A DNA stretch of 64,000 nt from Candidatus Nanohaloarchaea archaeon (lineage in GTDB: Archaea > Nanohalarchaeota > Nanosalinia > Nanosalinales > Nanosalinaceae), in assembly GCA_013343275.1 (NCBI GenBank), contig CP046106.1, positions 1 to 64,000 of the forward strand, written 5' to 3'. The notes beneath the pieces were generated by a model. That model saw only the letters and a program-made list of their open reading frames with translations. It had not been told where the DNA came from and searched no databases. The number at the start of each line of letters is the position of its first letter. Position 1 is the stretch's first letter. The translations under genes were made by a program, and so were the position numbers. This document shows positions 1-9,418 of the stretch, piece after piece.

Positions 1-125
1 CCACTGGACCCACCGTGGGAGCTTGCTGCTGCTAGACCGGCTGCGCCGGTTAGCGTTGCTCCTACGAGTAGTGCGGATGTAGCTACAGCTTTTCCGTATG
101 ATTTGAGTTTTTTGATGTCTTTCAT
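1..125 (-). CDS. N-terminus of a secreted protein, probably S-layer protein (runs off window)
   Basis: Reads MKDIKKLKSYGKAVATSALLVGATLTGAAGLAAASSHGG, resembling archaeal S-layer signal peptides; AGGTGA SD upstream; not in ORF track. Confidence 0.6.
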   Translation of the reverse strand, partial: MKDIKKLKSYGKAVATSALLVGATLTGAAGLAAASSHGGSS

Positions 126-394
126 AGTGTTGTGTCACCTAAAGAGGTGTGATGTGTTCTGCCTCACACGCGTGATATGTGTTTTTCTTTTTGTGGTGAA
201 GCGACCTGTGAGACAGAGAGGGCCGCTTCCTGTTTTTTGTTGACGGAGTTGTTTTTCTCCGCGGGATCCCGATTCCCAAAAAAATTACCTCCCGTTCAGG
301 GATGGAAGTTTGTAAAGGGGGAATCGGGGCCGAGTCCAATCACTGTCGTAATGACTCGTTCTTATCCATGTTTTATGTGAAACACCTTTTTAAA
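126..394 (-). promoter_or_regulatory. Promoter and long structured 5' leader of the putative S-layer gene
   Basis: TTTAAAAA box at about 387-394; stems 198-203/224-229, 244-248/257-261, 268-277/319-328, 331-336/353-358. Confidence 0.45.
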
Positions 395-628
395 TGGTTT
401 GGAGTAAAGGCCTGTTCTAACCGTTCATGAACCGTTTTTGACTGTTCTGCCGTTCCCTGATTCAATCTAGAAGCGTGTAGAATGTAGTTGTACTGGATTG
501 AAGCATACTCAGGGCCTTTGAGAATGTGTGGGTATTATTTCGTGTTTTCTGTTCGACCGGTATCGAACAACCTTGAAAACCAGAAGTAGATTGTTTACAG
601 GCCCGGTTTTTTCTGTGAGAAAAAGTGT

Positions 629-922
629 TTAGGCATATTCTACCTCTTCGGTGATCCGGTCTTTGAGTGATGGCTTGATGCTTTCCTCTGTTACAAGGTC
701 TACTTCCCGGCTGAAGAGCTGTTCCAGCTTTCTTTTCAGGTCCATGTAGTTTCGGAATGTTTTCTCTCCTTCCTGGAAATTTACGACGAAATCTATGTCG
801 CTCTCCGTGTCCTGGTCTCCTCGGGCGAATGATCCGAAAAGCCCCAGTTTCTTGACTCCTAGCTCGTCAAGCACGGCCTTTTCCTCTTCCAGCTTCCGGA
901 ATATCTCTTTTTTCTCTGTCAT
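629..922 (-). CDS. Minimal nucleotidyltransferase (MNT/MntA-type antitoxin)
   Basis: LFGSFARG...SDIDFVV motif, 97 aa. Confidence 0.9.
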   Translation of the reverse strand: MTEKKEIFRKLEEEKAVLDELGVKKLGLFGSFARGDQDTESDIDFVVNFQEGEKTFRNYMDLKRKLEQLFSREVDLVTEESIKPSLKDRITEEVEYA

Positions 923-977
923 AAATGTCTAGTAGAAGGCCTAGAGATTAAATTTTTTGGATCCTGTAGGAAAGGCT

Positions 978-1208
978 TTATTCGTCAGGGCCTAGTTCTT
1001 TCTTGGCATCGAGAAGCATGTCCCATTTCATGTATTCTTTCTCGTCGCCTAGCTCTCCGGCTTGGAATTTTTCTCTGAATTCTTCCGAGTTCATTCCGTG
1101 TTTTTCTTCCATTTGCTGTATTTTCTGTTTTACTCGGTCGAGTTTCATCTGGGTTATTCTCTTCTCCCGTGCCACGCTTTCATCTACAGGATCTGTTTCT
1201 ACAGTCAT
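978..1208 (-). CDS. Small acidic helical protein, archaeal antitoxin-like
   Basis: Start moved to ATG 1208 (76 aa); EEKHGMNSEEF...EYMKW pattern typical of TA-associated small proteins. Confidence 0.55.
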   Translation of the reverse strand: MTVETDPVDESVAREKRITQMKLDRVKQKIQQMEEKHGMNSEEFREKFQAGELGDEKEYMKWDMLLDAKKELGPDE

Positions 1209-1270
1209 AGAATTCTTTTTGTGTTTAGAACTGTTATCTTTTTTGGTTGAATTTAGAAAGGAAAAATTGT

Positions 1271-1729
1271 TTAGCATCCTACTGCTGTGTCGGTTGGTGG
1301 CTGGCAGACTTTTCTCCATTTCATTTCTCCTTCTGCGTAGGAGATTATCAGTGTTACTCTTTCGGTAGCCTGTGGGAACTTGATTCCTGTCTGGCATCGG
1401 TAGGTTACACTGTTTTTCCAGTAGATGGTGCCGCCGAAGCAGGTAGTGTTCAGGGCTCTTGAAGGCAGCTGCTGTTTCAGTTCTTCGTGTGTGTATACCT
1501 GGTTGTCGATCCTGTACTTCAGTTCGAACTTTGAGAAGTTGGCAGCCTCGCCGTTGTTGGTCATTGTCAGGGTCAAACCGTTCTGGCCCTGGTATGCTGT
1601 CCTGACATTGATGTCGGGTTGCGGGCCCTGCCATTCCTCGTTCATACTGCTCAGGAGCACGCTGGTTCCCCATGCGGTTGTTACCAGTATGCCTATCATG
1701 AAGAAGACGAGGAAGTTGCTGTTACCCAT
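1271..1729 (-). CDS. Membrane-anchored surface protein, pilin-like; paralog of 1776-2219
   Basis: N-terminal hydrophobic helix, 4 conserved Cys, TGIKFP motif, ends AVGC. Confidence 0.7.
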   Translation of the reverse strand: MGNSNFLVFFMIGILVTTAWGTSVLLSSMNEEWQGPQPDINVRTAYQGQNGLTLTMTNNGEAANFSKFELKYRIDNQVYTHEELKQQLPSRALNTTCFGGTIYWKNSVTYRCQTGIKFPQATERVTLIISYAEGEMKWRKVCQPPTDTAVGC

Positions 1730-1775
1730 AACACGTGATTATTGGAGAGGCCCGTTTATTACTTTTCGCAGGTTT

Positions 1776-2219
1776 TCAGCATCCTACTGCTGATGAGGTT
1801 GTCGGGTTACAGGTTTCGCTCCATTTCTGTTCTCTGTACCGTGTTACTATCTGCAGTTCTGTGTCTGCTGCTGGGAACTTGATGCCGGTTCCGCAGGTTA
1901 TCTTCTCGCCGTTCTCCCAGGTAGTGTTTGAGGTGAAGCATGTCTGGTTTCTCTTCATTTCTTCCGGTAGCTGGCTGTGACTGTAGTTCTCTCCGTTCAG
2001 AATGTATTTTATCTCAAGTTGAGATGCGTTTACTGGTTCACCTATGTTCTCCATTTCTGCTACCAGCTGGGAGTCGGCTTTGTACATTGATTCGTAGTTG
2101 ACTTCTGGCTGCGGGGCTTGTTGGTGCTGTAGTGCGATGTATACTCCTGTGACTATGGTTGAGATCAGAACCGCCAGTAGTGCTATCAGGGCCAGTGTTG
2201 TTCCCAGTTTCAGCTCCAC
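1776..2219 (-). CDS. Membrane-anchored surface protein, pilin-like; paralog of 1271-1729
   Basis: N-terminal TM, 4 conserved Cys, TGIKFP, ends AVGC. Confidence 0.7.
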   Translation of the reverse strand: MELKLGTTLALIALLAVLISTIVTGVYIALQHQQAPQPEVNYESMYKADSQLVAEMENIGEPVNASQLEIKYILNGENYSHSQLPEEMKRNQTCFTSNTTWENGEKITCGTGIKFPAADTELQIVTRYREQKWSETCNPTTSSAVGC

Positions 2220-2340
2220 ATTGTATATGTCCAGCCGCTGGCTTTTGTATTAAACGGAGAAAAAACTAGAAGGGATATGAGTTGGTTTTCTCTCTTTGAG
2301 CCCGAGTCTGCCTCTACTACGTTTATCTCTGCTTAAAGCC

Positions 2341-3057
2341 CTATCTTGGGCTACTTGGTCTCTGGGATCCTTGACCTCCAGAAGTGCTATTCTGATCTGT
2401 CTGTGTAGTGCCGTCGGTTGTCTGGTTCTGGCGGTCTCCCTGCTGCGGCTGACTGGTCGTAGTGTTCTGCCCTGTCCTCCCGTTTTCTGTCATGTTGGAT
2501 GGAGGGTTTTGAGGGCTTGTCTGATTGGTTTTTCCTCTGTTACCTGGAGCTGAAGTTCTGTTCTCTGGGCCGCCTCTCATGCTCTTGTTTCCTCCATTCG
2601 GGATCGGGATTTGCTGTGGTACTTTTTTCTGTATGTTTTGCATCGCTGTTTCTATCCCTTTCATTGCTTCTTCAGGTACTTCCTGTTTTACCTGCCCCAG
2701 AATCTGTAGGGCTTTGCTTGTACCGTCAGGCTCGGTAATATTCGTCTTGTTTGCCAGATCGCTCAGATGTTTCAAGGCCTTTTGAGCTCCTTTGGTATTA
2801 TTTTTCTCTGCTGCTGCTAGTGCTTCGGATGCTCTCTCAGCTGCAACGTCCTGAGCCTTCTTTAGACCAACTTTCATTCCTATACTGTCCCATGCAGTGT
2901 CTAGGCCGTAGAATGCAGAGCCTGGACCTATTAGACCGGGATTAGGCTTTACCTGTGTCTGGTTGGCCTGAGTAGTATTTGTTGAATTTTCCTGTGCTGA
3001 GACAGGTGCTGCGAAGAATGCTAATGCAAGCGCTGCGGCAAGCAGTTTAGCTTTCAT
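2341..3057 (-). CDS. Secreted protein with DUF5667-like domain and low-complexity Q/N/T/S tail
   Basis: Signal peptide MKAKLLAAALAL; PGSAFYGLD...ERASEA motif. Confidence 0.7.
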   Translation of the reverse strand: MKAKLLAAALALAFFAAPVSAQENSTNTTQANQTQVKPNPGLIGPGSAFYGLDTAWDSIGMKVGLKKAQDVAAERASEALAAAEKNNTKGAQKALKHLSDLANKTNITEPDGTSKALQILGQVKQEVPEEAMKGIETAMQNIQKKVPQQIPIPNGGNKSMRGGPENRTSAPGNRGKTNQTSPQNPPSNMTENGRTGQNTTTSQPQQGDRQNQTTDGTTQTDQNSTSGGQGSQRPSSPR

Positions 3058-3165
3058 AAGGTACTCTTTATGTCTCAATACTAAAAAGATGTCTGTAATT
3101 TTGCCTATTTAAACTCGGGATTAATGCCGAGGAAAAATATAATCCCTCCCCTAAAAGTGCGGTTA

Positions 3166-3248
<83 letters not shown>

Positions 3249-3320
3249 AGTAAAAACTTAGATCTAGGAGGGAATAATCAGTTCCCCTGTTGGAGAAGTT
3301 AGGCTGAAGAGTTTAATACC

Positions 3321-3815
3321 TCATATTTCAGCTGCGGTCTGGAATCCTTCAGCGTTTTCCGGTTCCTCGTACCATTCGTTCTGTTCAAGCATCTCCTGCT
3401 TTAAGTCAGTGAAACCGTTCTGATCCATTACTTTGCTCAGTGCTTTGAACTGTTTCTCCAGTTTCTCCTGTCTCTGAACTATGCTGGCTGCGGAACGGTA
3501 GGCATGGATATATTGATCGATTCCGGGTTCGACGCCGTGATCTTCTGCTACCGATTCAGGTCTTGCTTCACCTGTAAGAATGCTTTTTACAGTGTCTTCG
3601 TAGTTCAGGAACTGTGTTTCTGCGTTTCGAGCCGCTCTTTCCGCTTCGATATATCTGTTTATCAGTTTTTCTTCGTAGAAGTCTTGGTATTCCTGGTCTC
3701 CGGCCAGTTCTCCGATTATTTCGTCGCTGTGCAGATCTAGAACTGCTTCTGCTTTGTCAAGTCTGTCCTGTGCGTGTCGAAGTGTCTGAGGCAGTGTCAG
3801 AGTTTTTAACCCTCT
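3321..3815 (-). CDS. Acidic helical protein lacking a canonical start (164 open codons, in frame after the TAG of 3816-3995)
   Basis: Open frame RGLKTLTLPQTLRHAQDRLDKAE...FQTAAEI* with halophile-like composition; missed by ORF track. Confidence 0.55.
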   Translation of the reverse strand, partial: RGLKTLTLPQTLRHAQDRLDKAEAVLDLHSDEIIGELAGDQEYQDFYEEKLINRYIEAERAARNAETQFLNYEDTVKSILTGEARPESVAEDHGVEPGIDQYIHAYRSAASIVQRQEKLEKQFKALSKVMDQNGFTDLKQEMLEQNEWYEEPENAEGFQTAAEI

Positions 3816-3995
3816 CTATGTTTTGGCGTACAGTGCTGATAGTGTTCCTGAGAAGAATGCTGCTAGGCCTACCATTGCGAGTGTCCATTCTATGGTTATT
3901 TCCTGCCAGAGTACCCATGATGCGTATGTTGTGGTCAGGGCGATCACGGCGCTTATTGCGCCGAACGCTACAGGAATATCTGTGTAATCGGTCAT
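3816..3995 (-). CDS. Small two-TM membrane protein (59 aa)
   Basis: MTDYTDIPVAFGAISAVIALTTTYASWVLWQEITIEWTLAMVGLAAFFSGTLSALYAKT*; TTTATA box upstream. Confidence 0.7.
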   Translation of the reverse strand: MTDYTDIPVAFGAISAVIALTTTYASWVLWQEITIEWTLAMVGLAAFFSGTLSALYAKT

Positions 3996-4067
3996 AAATT
4001 GGAGTTTTCGTGCCAGAATATAAACTTTGTGTCTTGAAAACGGAAAATTAAGGAAGGAAAAATGTGT

Positions 4068-4625
4068 TTAGACTGGTTGTTCGTCTGTGATTTCGTCCAG
4101 TGTCTCTACTACCTGGTTGACTTCGTAGACTGCTTCGGTTGCTGAGGCCGGGTCGTTGTACTGTGCTGTTACCATCATCCCGTTGTCTATGTGGGATACT
4201 GTTACGTTCATGTCTTCGTTTCCTTTCTCCAGCAGTGTTTCTACCTGATCTGACTCCAGCTGTGCGATTACAGGTACTTCCTCTGCGTATTCGTCGTTTG
4301 CACGGAACTCGTAAGTGGCTTCGAAGCTGTCCTCCGAGAAGCTTTCGTCCACTAGGCTTCCTGTTACGGCCGGTGCTCTCTCCTCTTCTTCCTCGTAATG
4401 TTCCAGTGGGAAATGTACTCTGTCGGCCTCTACTCCAGGGCCTGGAATCTCCGGTTGAGGTGCTTCCGGCATGTATCCGTCTTCCTCGCTGTATTCTGTA
4501 GGGCTTGCTTCGTCTTCGAATGTTCTTGCTGCGAGGTGGTTGTCGGATTCAAGTTCCTGGTCCTCGATATCGAGTTGTTCGGTTTGACGCTGTAGTTCTT
4601 CATCGCCTCTAAGGAGTCTATCCAT
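4068..4625 (-). CDS. Hypothetical highly acidic protein
   Basis: 185 aa ORF, D/E-rich, TTAAAAA box about 24 nt upstream. Confidence 0.75.
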   Translation of the reverse strand: MDRLLRGDEELQRQTEQLDIEDQELESDNHLAARTFEDEASPTEYSEEDGYMPEAPQPEIPGPGVEADRVHFPLEHYEEEEERAPAVTGSLVDESFSEDSFEATYEFRANDEYAEEVPVIAQLESDQVETLLEKGNEDMNVTVSHIDNGMMVTAQYNDPASATEAVYEVNQVVETLDEITDEQPV

Positions 4626-4731
4626 GACTAGAAATGTTGGAGCCGCTGATTTTTAACTCTTGCCCGTAGTCAGGGCCTGAAGGTAGAAAGGAAAATGGTT
4701 GAGAAATGTATATGTTTTCCGGTGTCTCAGC

Positions 4732-5301
4732 TTAAAGTTCTTCTGCTGAGGCCTTGGCGTCTTCCAGCTCGTTCTGTACTGTCTGGATTGCCTGCTGCAG
4801 AAGTTCTTCGTTGCTGTATCCGGATGTGGATTCGATTCTGAACTCGAACTCTCCGTCGTCTACTATTTCGTATCCTACTGTTCCGCCCTGATGTTTGGCG
4901 TGTTCTCTGCCTGTGCCGAGTACGGCCTTGGCTTCCAGTTCAATGTCCTGGTCTTCTTTCAGTTCAACGATCAGTGCGTCGTGTACAGGTTCTGCTTCTT
5001 CGTTGTCTGTCTGGATGTCTTCTGCTGTTACGTTAGTGGGGCCTTCCTGCTGTAGTGCGAGGTGTAGTTCGTCTTCTTCGTCGAACTTCTGTGGGATGGT
5101 CCATGGGATCTGGCCGATACGGTTTGCCAGCATTTCGTCGAAGAGTCCTGATTCGTTCTTGACTACGTCGATGTGTTTGACGGCGAGTGTTGGTACTCGG
5201 GCCATCATTGCTCTTCTTAGTGAGTTTGCTACTGCTTCGTTTGAGTCTTCCAGTTTGACTGTTAGAACTTCGTTCTCTTCTTCGACTTTTTCCAGTTTCA
5301 T
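4732..5301 (-). CDS. rpoD: RNA polymerase subunit D (Rpo3)
   Basis: ANSLRRAMMARVPTLAV, GTGREHAKH motifs; after rps11. Confidence 0.95.
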   Translation of the reverse strand: MKLEKVEEENEVLTVKLEDSNEAVANSLRRAMMARVPTLAVKHIDVVKNESGLFDEMLANRIGQIPWTIPQKFDEEDELHLALQQEGPTNVTAEDIQTDNEEAEPVHDALIVELKEDQDIELEAKAVLGTGREHAKHQGGTVGYEIVDDGEFEFRIESTSGYSNEELLQQAIQTVQNELEDAKASAEEL

Positions 5302-5379
5302 GATGTTGCCTCGCAAAGGGGGTTCGTTTTGGTTATGTAGAAAATGTGGGGTATAAGTGGTTTAGATTGAGAGGAGAGT

Positions 5380-5763
5380 TTATACTCTGCGGCCTCTCTT
5401 TCCGCCTTTTTCTCTGCAGCCGTCGTGCGGTACAGGTGTTACGTCTTCGATGTTTCCGACGTCTAGTTCGGATCTGGAGATTGCACGGATTGCTGGCTGT
5501 GCTCCTTTACCTGGCATCTTCATCTTCTGTCCTCCAGGTGCTCTTACCTGGATGTCGACTTCTTCAAGTCCTTTCTCCATTGATTCCTCTACTGCCTGTT
5601 TGGCTGCTTTCATTGCTGGGAACGGACTGCCCTGTAGTCGGCCTTTGTCCGTTACCATTCCTGCAGAGATCCTCGAGATTGTCTCTGCTCCTGTAGCATC
5701 TGTTACGTGGATGATTGTGTTGTTGAAGCTTGAGTAAATGTTTACGATACCTTTCTTAGTCAT
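5380..5763 (-). CDS. rps11: 30S ribosomal protein S11
   Basis: [33 protein letters not shown]. Confidence 0.98.
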   Translation of the reverse strand: MTKKGIVNIYSSFNNTIIHVTDATGAETISRISAGMVTDKGRLQGSPFPAMKAAKQAVEESMEKGLEEVDIQVRAPGGQKMKMPGKGAQPAIRAISRSELDVGNIEDVTPVPHDGCREKGGKRGRRV

Positions 5764-6320
5764 TGTTCTTCACCTTCTTCCTGTTCTTCTGATTCTTCTG
5801 TGTCTTCGGTTTCCTCTTCAGCTTCTTCAGTTTCTGTTTCTGTCTCTTCTTCCTGTGTTGGTTCCGGAAGCTTTACTTCTACTTCTTTCTCCTCTTCCTG
5901 TGTAAGCATGTAGCCAGGAACGTTCACTTTCTGACCGTCTACAAAGACGTGGCCGTGGTTCACTAGCTGACGTGCTTCTTTAGCTGTGTCGGAGTATCCT
6001 CTTCTGTTGACTGCTGACTGCAGTCTTCTGTCAAGGATGTCTGTTACGTTAAGTGTTAGTATTTCTTCAAGGCCTCCGTCTTCCCGGATAAGTCCAAGTC
6101 TGTTGGCTTTTCCGATGATCTCTTTTCTTCTTTCCTCGTCGTCTGAGGATGCAAGTTTACGGGCCTCTCTTCTGAATGCTCTTAGTTCGCTCTGAGCTTT
6201 GTAGATTTCTCTCTTGTTCTTGAGACCGTATTCTTCCATTAGCTGGTCTTCTTCCTGAATTCTTTCTTCGCTCCAGCCTTCGCTTGGAGTCTCGTACTGT
6301 TTTGTTAGCTTCTTAACCAT
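5760..6320 (-). CDS. rps4: 30S ribosomal protein S4
   Basis: [27 protein letters not shown]. Confidence 0.97.
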   Translation of the reverse strand: MVKKLTKQYETPSEGWSEERIQEEDQLMEEYGLKNKREIYKAQSELRAFRREARKLASSDDEERRKEIIGKANRLGLIREDGGLEEILTLNVTDILDRRLQSAVNRRGYSDTAKEARQLVNHGHVFVDGQKVNVPGYMLTQEEEKEVEVKLPEPTQEEETETETEEAEEETEDTEESEEQEEGEEQ

Positions 6321-6326
6321 TGTTTA

Positions 6327-6803
6327 TCACTCTTCGTCGCCGGACGGTTCTGCTTCGTCCTGGATACGTGCTCTTGATACACCGATTTTACCGCCGGATC
6401 TGAACGAGGACTTCGTCTTCTGTCCACGTACGGGTAGTCCGATCTCGTGTCTCCAACCTTTGTAGGAATCGATCTCTTTCAGACGTCTGATATCGAACTC
6501 TTTCTTAAGTTCAAGATCTGATTCGATCAGATGCATGTTGTCTCCTTCGTCTCTGTCCTTCCTCCTGTTCAGAAGCCATTCCGGAAGGTCAAGACTGTCA
6601 GGATTCTTCAACTTCTCCTCAACTTCATCGATAGATTCATCGTCCATGTCGCCTATCTTCTTATCTTCCAGACCCATCTCTTCGGCAACAGCGTTAGCGT
6701 ATGTGCTACCGACTCCTTTTAGGCCTGTCAAGGCTTTATCTACTGTTTTCGTACCATCGATTCCGGTTCTTGCAATCCTTACAATCTCTTTGGTTTCTGA
6801 CAT
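6327..6803 (-). CDS. rps13: 30S ribosomal protein S13
   Basis: SYKGWRHEIGLPVRGQKTKS. Confidence 0.97.
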   Translation of the reverse strand: MSETKEIVRIARTGIDGTKTVDKALTGLKGVGSTYANAVAEEMGLEDKKIGDMDDESIDEVEEKLKNPDSLDLPEWLLNRRKDRDEGDNMHLIESDLELKKEFDIRRLKEIDSYKGWRHEIGLPVRGQKTKSSFRSGGKIGVSRARIQDEAEPSGDEE

Positions 6804-6915
6804 GTTTACCCGTACCAAGCAAATCCACTTTAAGTTTTATAAACATATGATCGGAGGGGCCTGACCTGCACTGAAAAGGTCAAAGCCGCTCCCCGCTCAA
6901 AAAAGATCTCTCTTC

Positions 6916-7203
6916 TCAGCGCTCTTCTGTCTTCTTGATAAGATGCCATCCGAAGTCTGTCTGGACTGGATCGGATACTTCTCCTACATCCATTTCGAAG
7001 GCCTTGCGTTCGAAAGGCTTCACCATGTCACCTCTCTCGAAGAAACCTAGGTCGCCGCCGTTGTCACGTGAAGGGCCTTCAGATTTCTCCCGGGCTAGAT
7101 CTGCGAACGATTTATCGTCGTCTCTCTCCAGCTCCAGCTTGATCTGTTTAGCATGCTCTTCGTTGTCAACAAGTATGTGTGATGCACGTACTTCCTTTGC
7201 CAT
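6916..7203 (-). CDS. Parvulin-type peptidyl-prolyl isomerase
   Basis: VRASHILV, GGDLGFF, MVKPFE, VQTDFGWHLI. Confidence 0.95.
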   Translation of the reverse strand: MAKEVRASHILVDNEEHAKQIKLELERDDDKSFADLAREKSEGPSRDNGGDLGFFERGDMVKPFERKAFEMDVGEVSDPVQTDFGWHLIKKTEER

Positions 7204-7243
7204 ACTTCCTGATTGTAGTTTCAAAGTTAAAAACCAGTAATAT

Positions 7244-8239
7244 CTACTGGAACTCGTCGTAGTGCTCGATGTAGATAGTCAGCAACGACTTCGCAACACC
7301 GAACAGTACAGGACCTACAAACACTCCGATAGGTCCGAACACTCCGATACCACCAATCACTCCCAGGATAATGAACAGCGGATGCAGGTCAGCACTTTCA
7401 TCCACTAGGAAAGGCCTGAGGAAGTTATCGACGGAACTGACAACCGCTGCGCCGTAGCCAAGCAGGAACCCACCAGCGTACACCTGACCGTTCAAAACCA
7501 TGTAGAGCCCTGCAGGGACCCAGATCAGTGCAGTGCCGACTAGAGGGATAAGCCCGAACACCATCATCAGGAAAGTCCAGAAAACGATATTCGAGAAACC
7601 TGCCAGGAAGAGGCCTATACCTGCTACAAGACCGGAGACTGCGGCCGTAATAACGTGGCCCTTTATCACTGTCCGTGTCGTCCTGGCTGTCTTGCTGTAA
7701 AGCTCCTCCTGCAAGCCTGTCGGCATCAAATCCAGTTTCTTGGACCATTCAACCAGGCCTCTACCTTCCTTCAAAAGGTAGTACTGGGTGAAAAGCAGTA
7801 GCGAAAGACCTATCAGGAAGTTGCTGGCCATATCAGCTATCTGAGAGGTACTGGAGAGAACAGTACTACCGATGGTCTTCATCGATGACTCCAGTCTCTC
7901 TTCCAGGTGAACTTCCTGGCCTATCAGTTCGGTCAGCTTCCGGTCAACGACATCCAGACTGATGTTCCCGCTCTCGATAGATCTAACTATATCGCTGGCG
8001 TCGTTCGCAACAGCACCGGCAACCAGCAGGAGCGGTAGAACAGCCATCAAAACAGTGAAAACCATAAGCAGAGCAGATGAACGGTTGCTGTACTGATCAA
8101 TCCAGTTCTTCAACGGGTGAAGCATAAAGGCCAGTATACCGCCTGTCAAGAGATAGCCCAGGAAAGGAGAAATCATCATGAAACAGAGAACTCCTACCAG
8201 GCCCATGGCTAGAAACAGAAATGCTTTTTTGCGGTTCAC
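7244..8239 (-). CDS. AI-2E family (PerM) membrane transporter
   Basis: Multi-TM; LIPLVGTALIWVP, DNFLRP, FGPIGVFVGP; GTG start at 8239 chosen. Confidence 0.9.
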   Translation of the reverse strand: MNRKKAFLFLAMGLVGVLCFMMISPFLGYLLTGGILAFMLHPLKNWIDQYSNRSSALLMVFTVLMAVLPLLLVAGAVANDASDIVRSIESGNISLDVVDRKLTELIGQEVHLEERLESSMKTIGSTVLSSTSQIADMASNFLIGLSLLLFTQYYLLKEGRGLVEWSKKLDLMPTGLQEELYSKTARTTRTVIKGHVITAAVSGLVAGIGLFLAGFSNIVFWTFLMMVFGLIPLVGTALIWVPAGLYMVLNGQVYAGGFLLGYGAAVVSSVDNFLRPFLVDESADLHPLFIILGVIGGIGVFGPIGVFVGPVLFGVAKSLLTIYIEHYDEFQ

Positions 8240-8330
8240 AAATTGGTTAATTGAACTTGAAATGTAAAAAGCCCTATTGCCTAGGAGGGGATTAAGACAT
8301 ATTAAATAACTAGAAACAGAGTAGATTAAC

Positions 8331-9221
8331 ATGTCCTGGCTAGCCTGGGTCTTAGCCTCCGCAATCCTGTACTCTGTAGTAGAGCTCTTTGACAAGTTTG
8401 TTACCGACCACGAAATCAAAAACTACCAGATAGCCTCCATAATGTGCGGAATACCTATCTACCTGTTCTTCATGGCCTACGGACTGATCTCAGGATCGCC
8501 ATTAATACCGGTTACTGTAGCAGGTGTCTCAGTACTTCTTGGATCGCTCTACACCTTCAGCCTCTTCTCCTACTACACAGGCCTAAGCGAGGAAGACGTC
8601 ACAAGGTTCATACCAACACTATCACTCAATACCGTCATCGTGGTTATACTATCCTTTATGATCCTAGGAGAGTCCTACGACCTCGTAACCTACGCAGGGA
8701 TCGCATCCGTAGTTGTAGGAACACTTCTCATATCAATAGAAAACCCACGTAAAACCCTAAGAAACTTCCAATCAACACGCGCACTACACCTAGGCCTAAT
8801 AACAGCATTTATAGGAGCAGTATCAAGCATAGTGCTTAAAGTACTCACAAACACAGCTGCACTAGAATCAATACTGTTCTGGGAAGGAATAGGAGGCATA
8901 ATCTCCATCATCCCTCTAATATACGTAAACAGGACAGAATTTACGCTGGAAGACCTCAACGGCTACCGAGACCTCACCATCATCGGCTTCCTAACCTCAA
9001 CAGCCTACCTAGCTTTCGCCAAATCAATAACCCTAGGCCCGGTATCCCTAACATCAACACTGCTCAAGATAAACTCAATCTTCATCTTCTTCGGCGCCAC
9101 AATCATATCCCGACTCCATCCGGAAATAATCCACGAAGAACTCGACACCAGAATACTAGCTCAAAAAATAATCTCCATACTACTGATAATCGCAGGAGTA
9201 GCCGCAATCAAACTAATATAA
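8331..9221 (+). CDS. EamA/DMT family membrane transporter
   Basis: About 10 TM helices in two repeats. Confidence 0.8.
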   Translation: MSWLAWVLASAILYSVVELFDKFVTDHEIKNYQIASIMCGIPIYLFFMAYGLISGSPLIPVTVAGVSVLLGSLYTFSLFSYYTGLSEEDVTRFIPTLSLNTVIVVILSFMILGESYDLVTYAGIASVVVGTLLISIENPRKTLRNFQSTRALHLGLITAFIGAVSSIVLKVLTNTAALESILFWEGIGGIISIIPLIYVNRTEFTLEDLNGYRDLTIIGFLTSTAYLAFAKSITLGPVSLTSTLLKINSIFIFFGATIISRLHPEIIHEELDTRILAQKIISILLIIAGVAAIKLI

Positions 9222-9254
9222 CAGACAGCAGTTACAGGTAGAGAAAAAGAAGTT

Positions 9255-9359
9255 TAGTCCCCCCAGGATTCGAACCTGGGTCACCGGCTCCAAAGGCCGA
9301 TATGATTTGCCTACCTTAACATAGCTGTTAAAGGTATTTGACCACTACACCAGGGGACT
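9255..9359 (-). tRNA. tRNA-Gln(UUG) with 32-nt D-loop intron (9306-9337)
   Basis: A1-U72 acceptor AGTCCCC/GGGGACT, anticodon loop CTTTGGA; removing the hairpin insert yields a 73-nt cloverleaf. Confidence 0.92.
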
Positions 9360-9418
9360 ATACTGTCTGTATGAAAGAAGGTAGATTCTACTCTTAAAAA
9401 TGTAGTTTGTGTACTTGG

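Noticed and set aside
126-394. RNase P or SRP RNA
   Set aside because: No GAGGAAAGUCC or SRP helix-8 signature recognised
978-1673. 231-aa ORF as listed
   Set aside because: Overlaps the 1271-1729 gene; only the part from ATG 1208 looks coding
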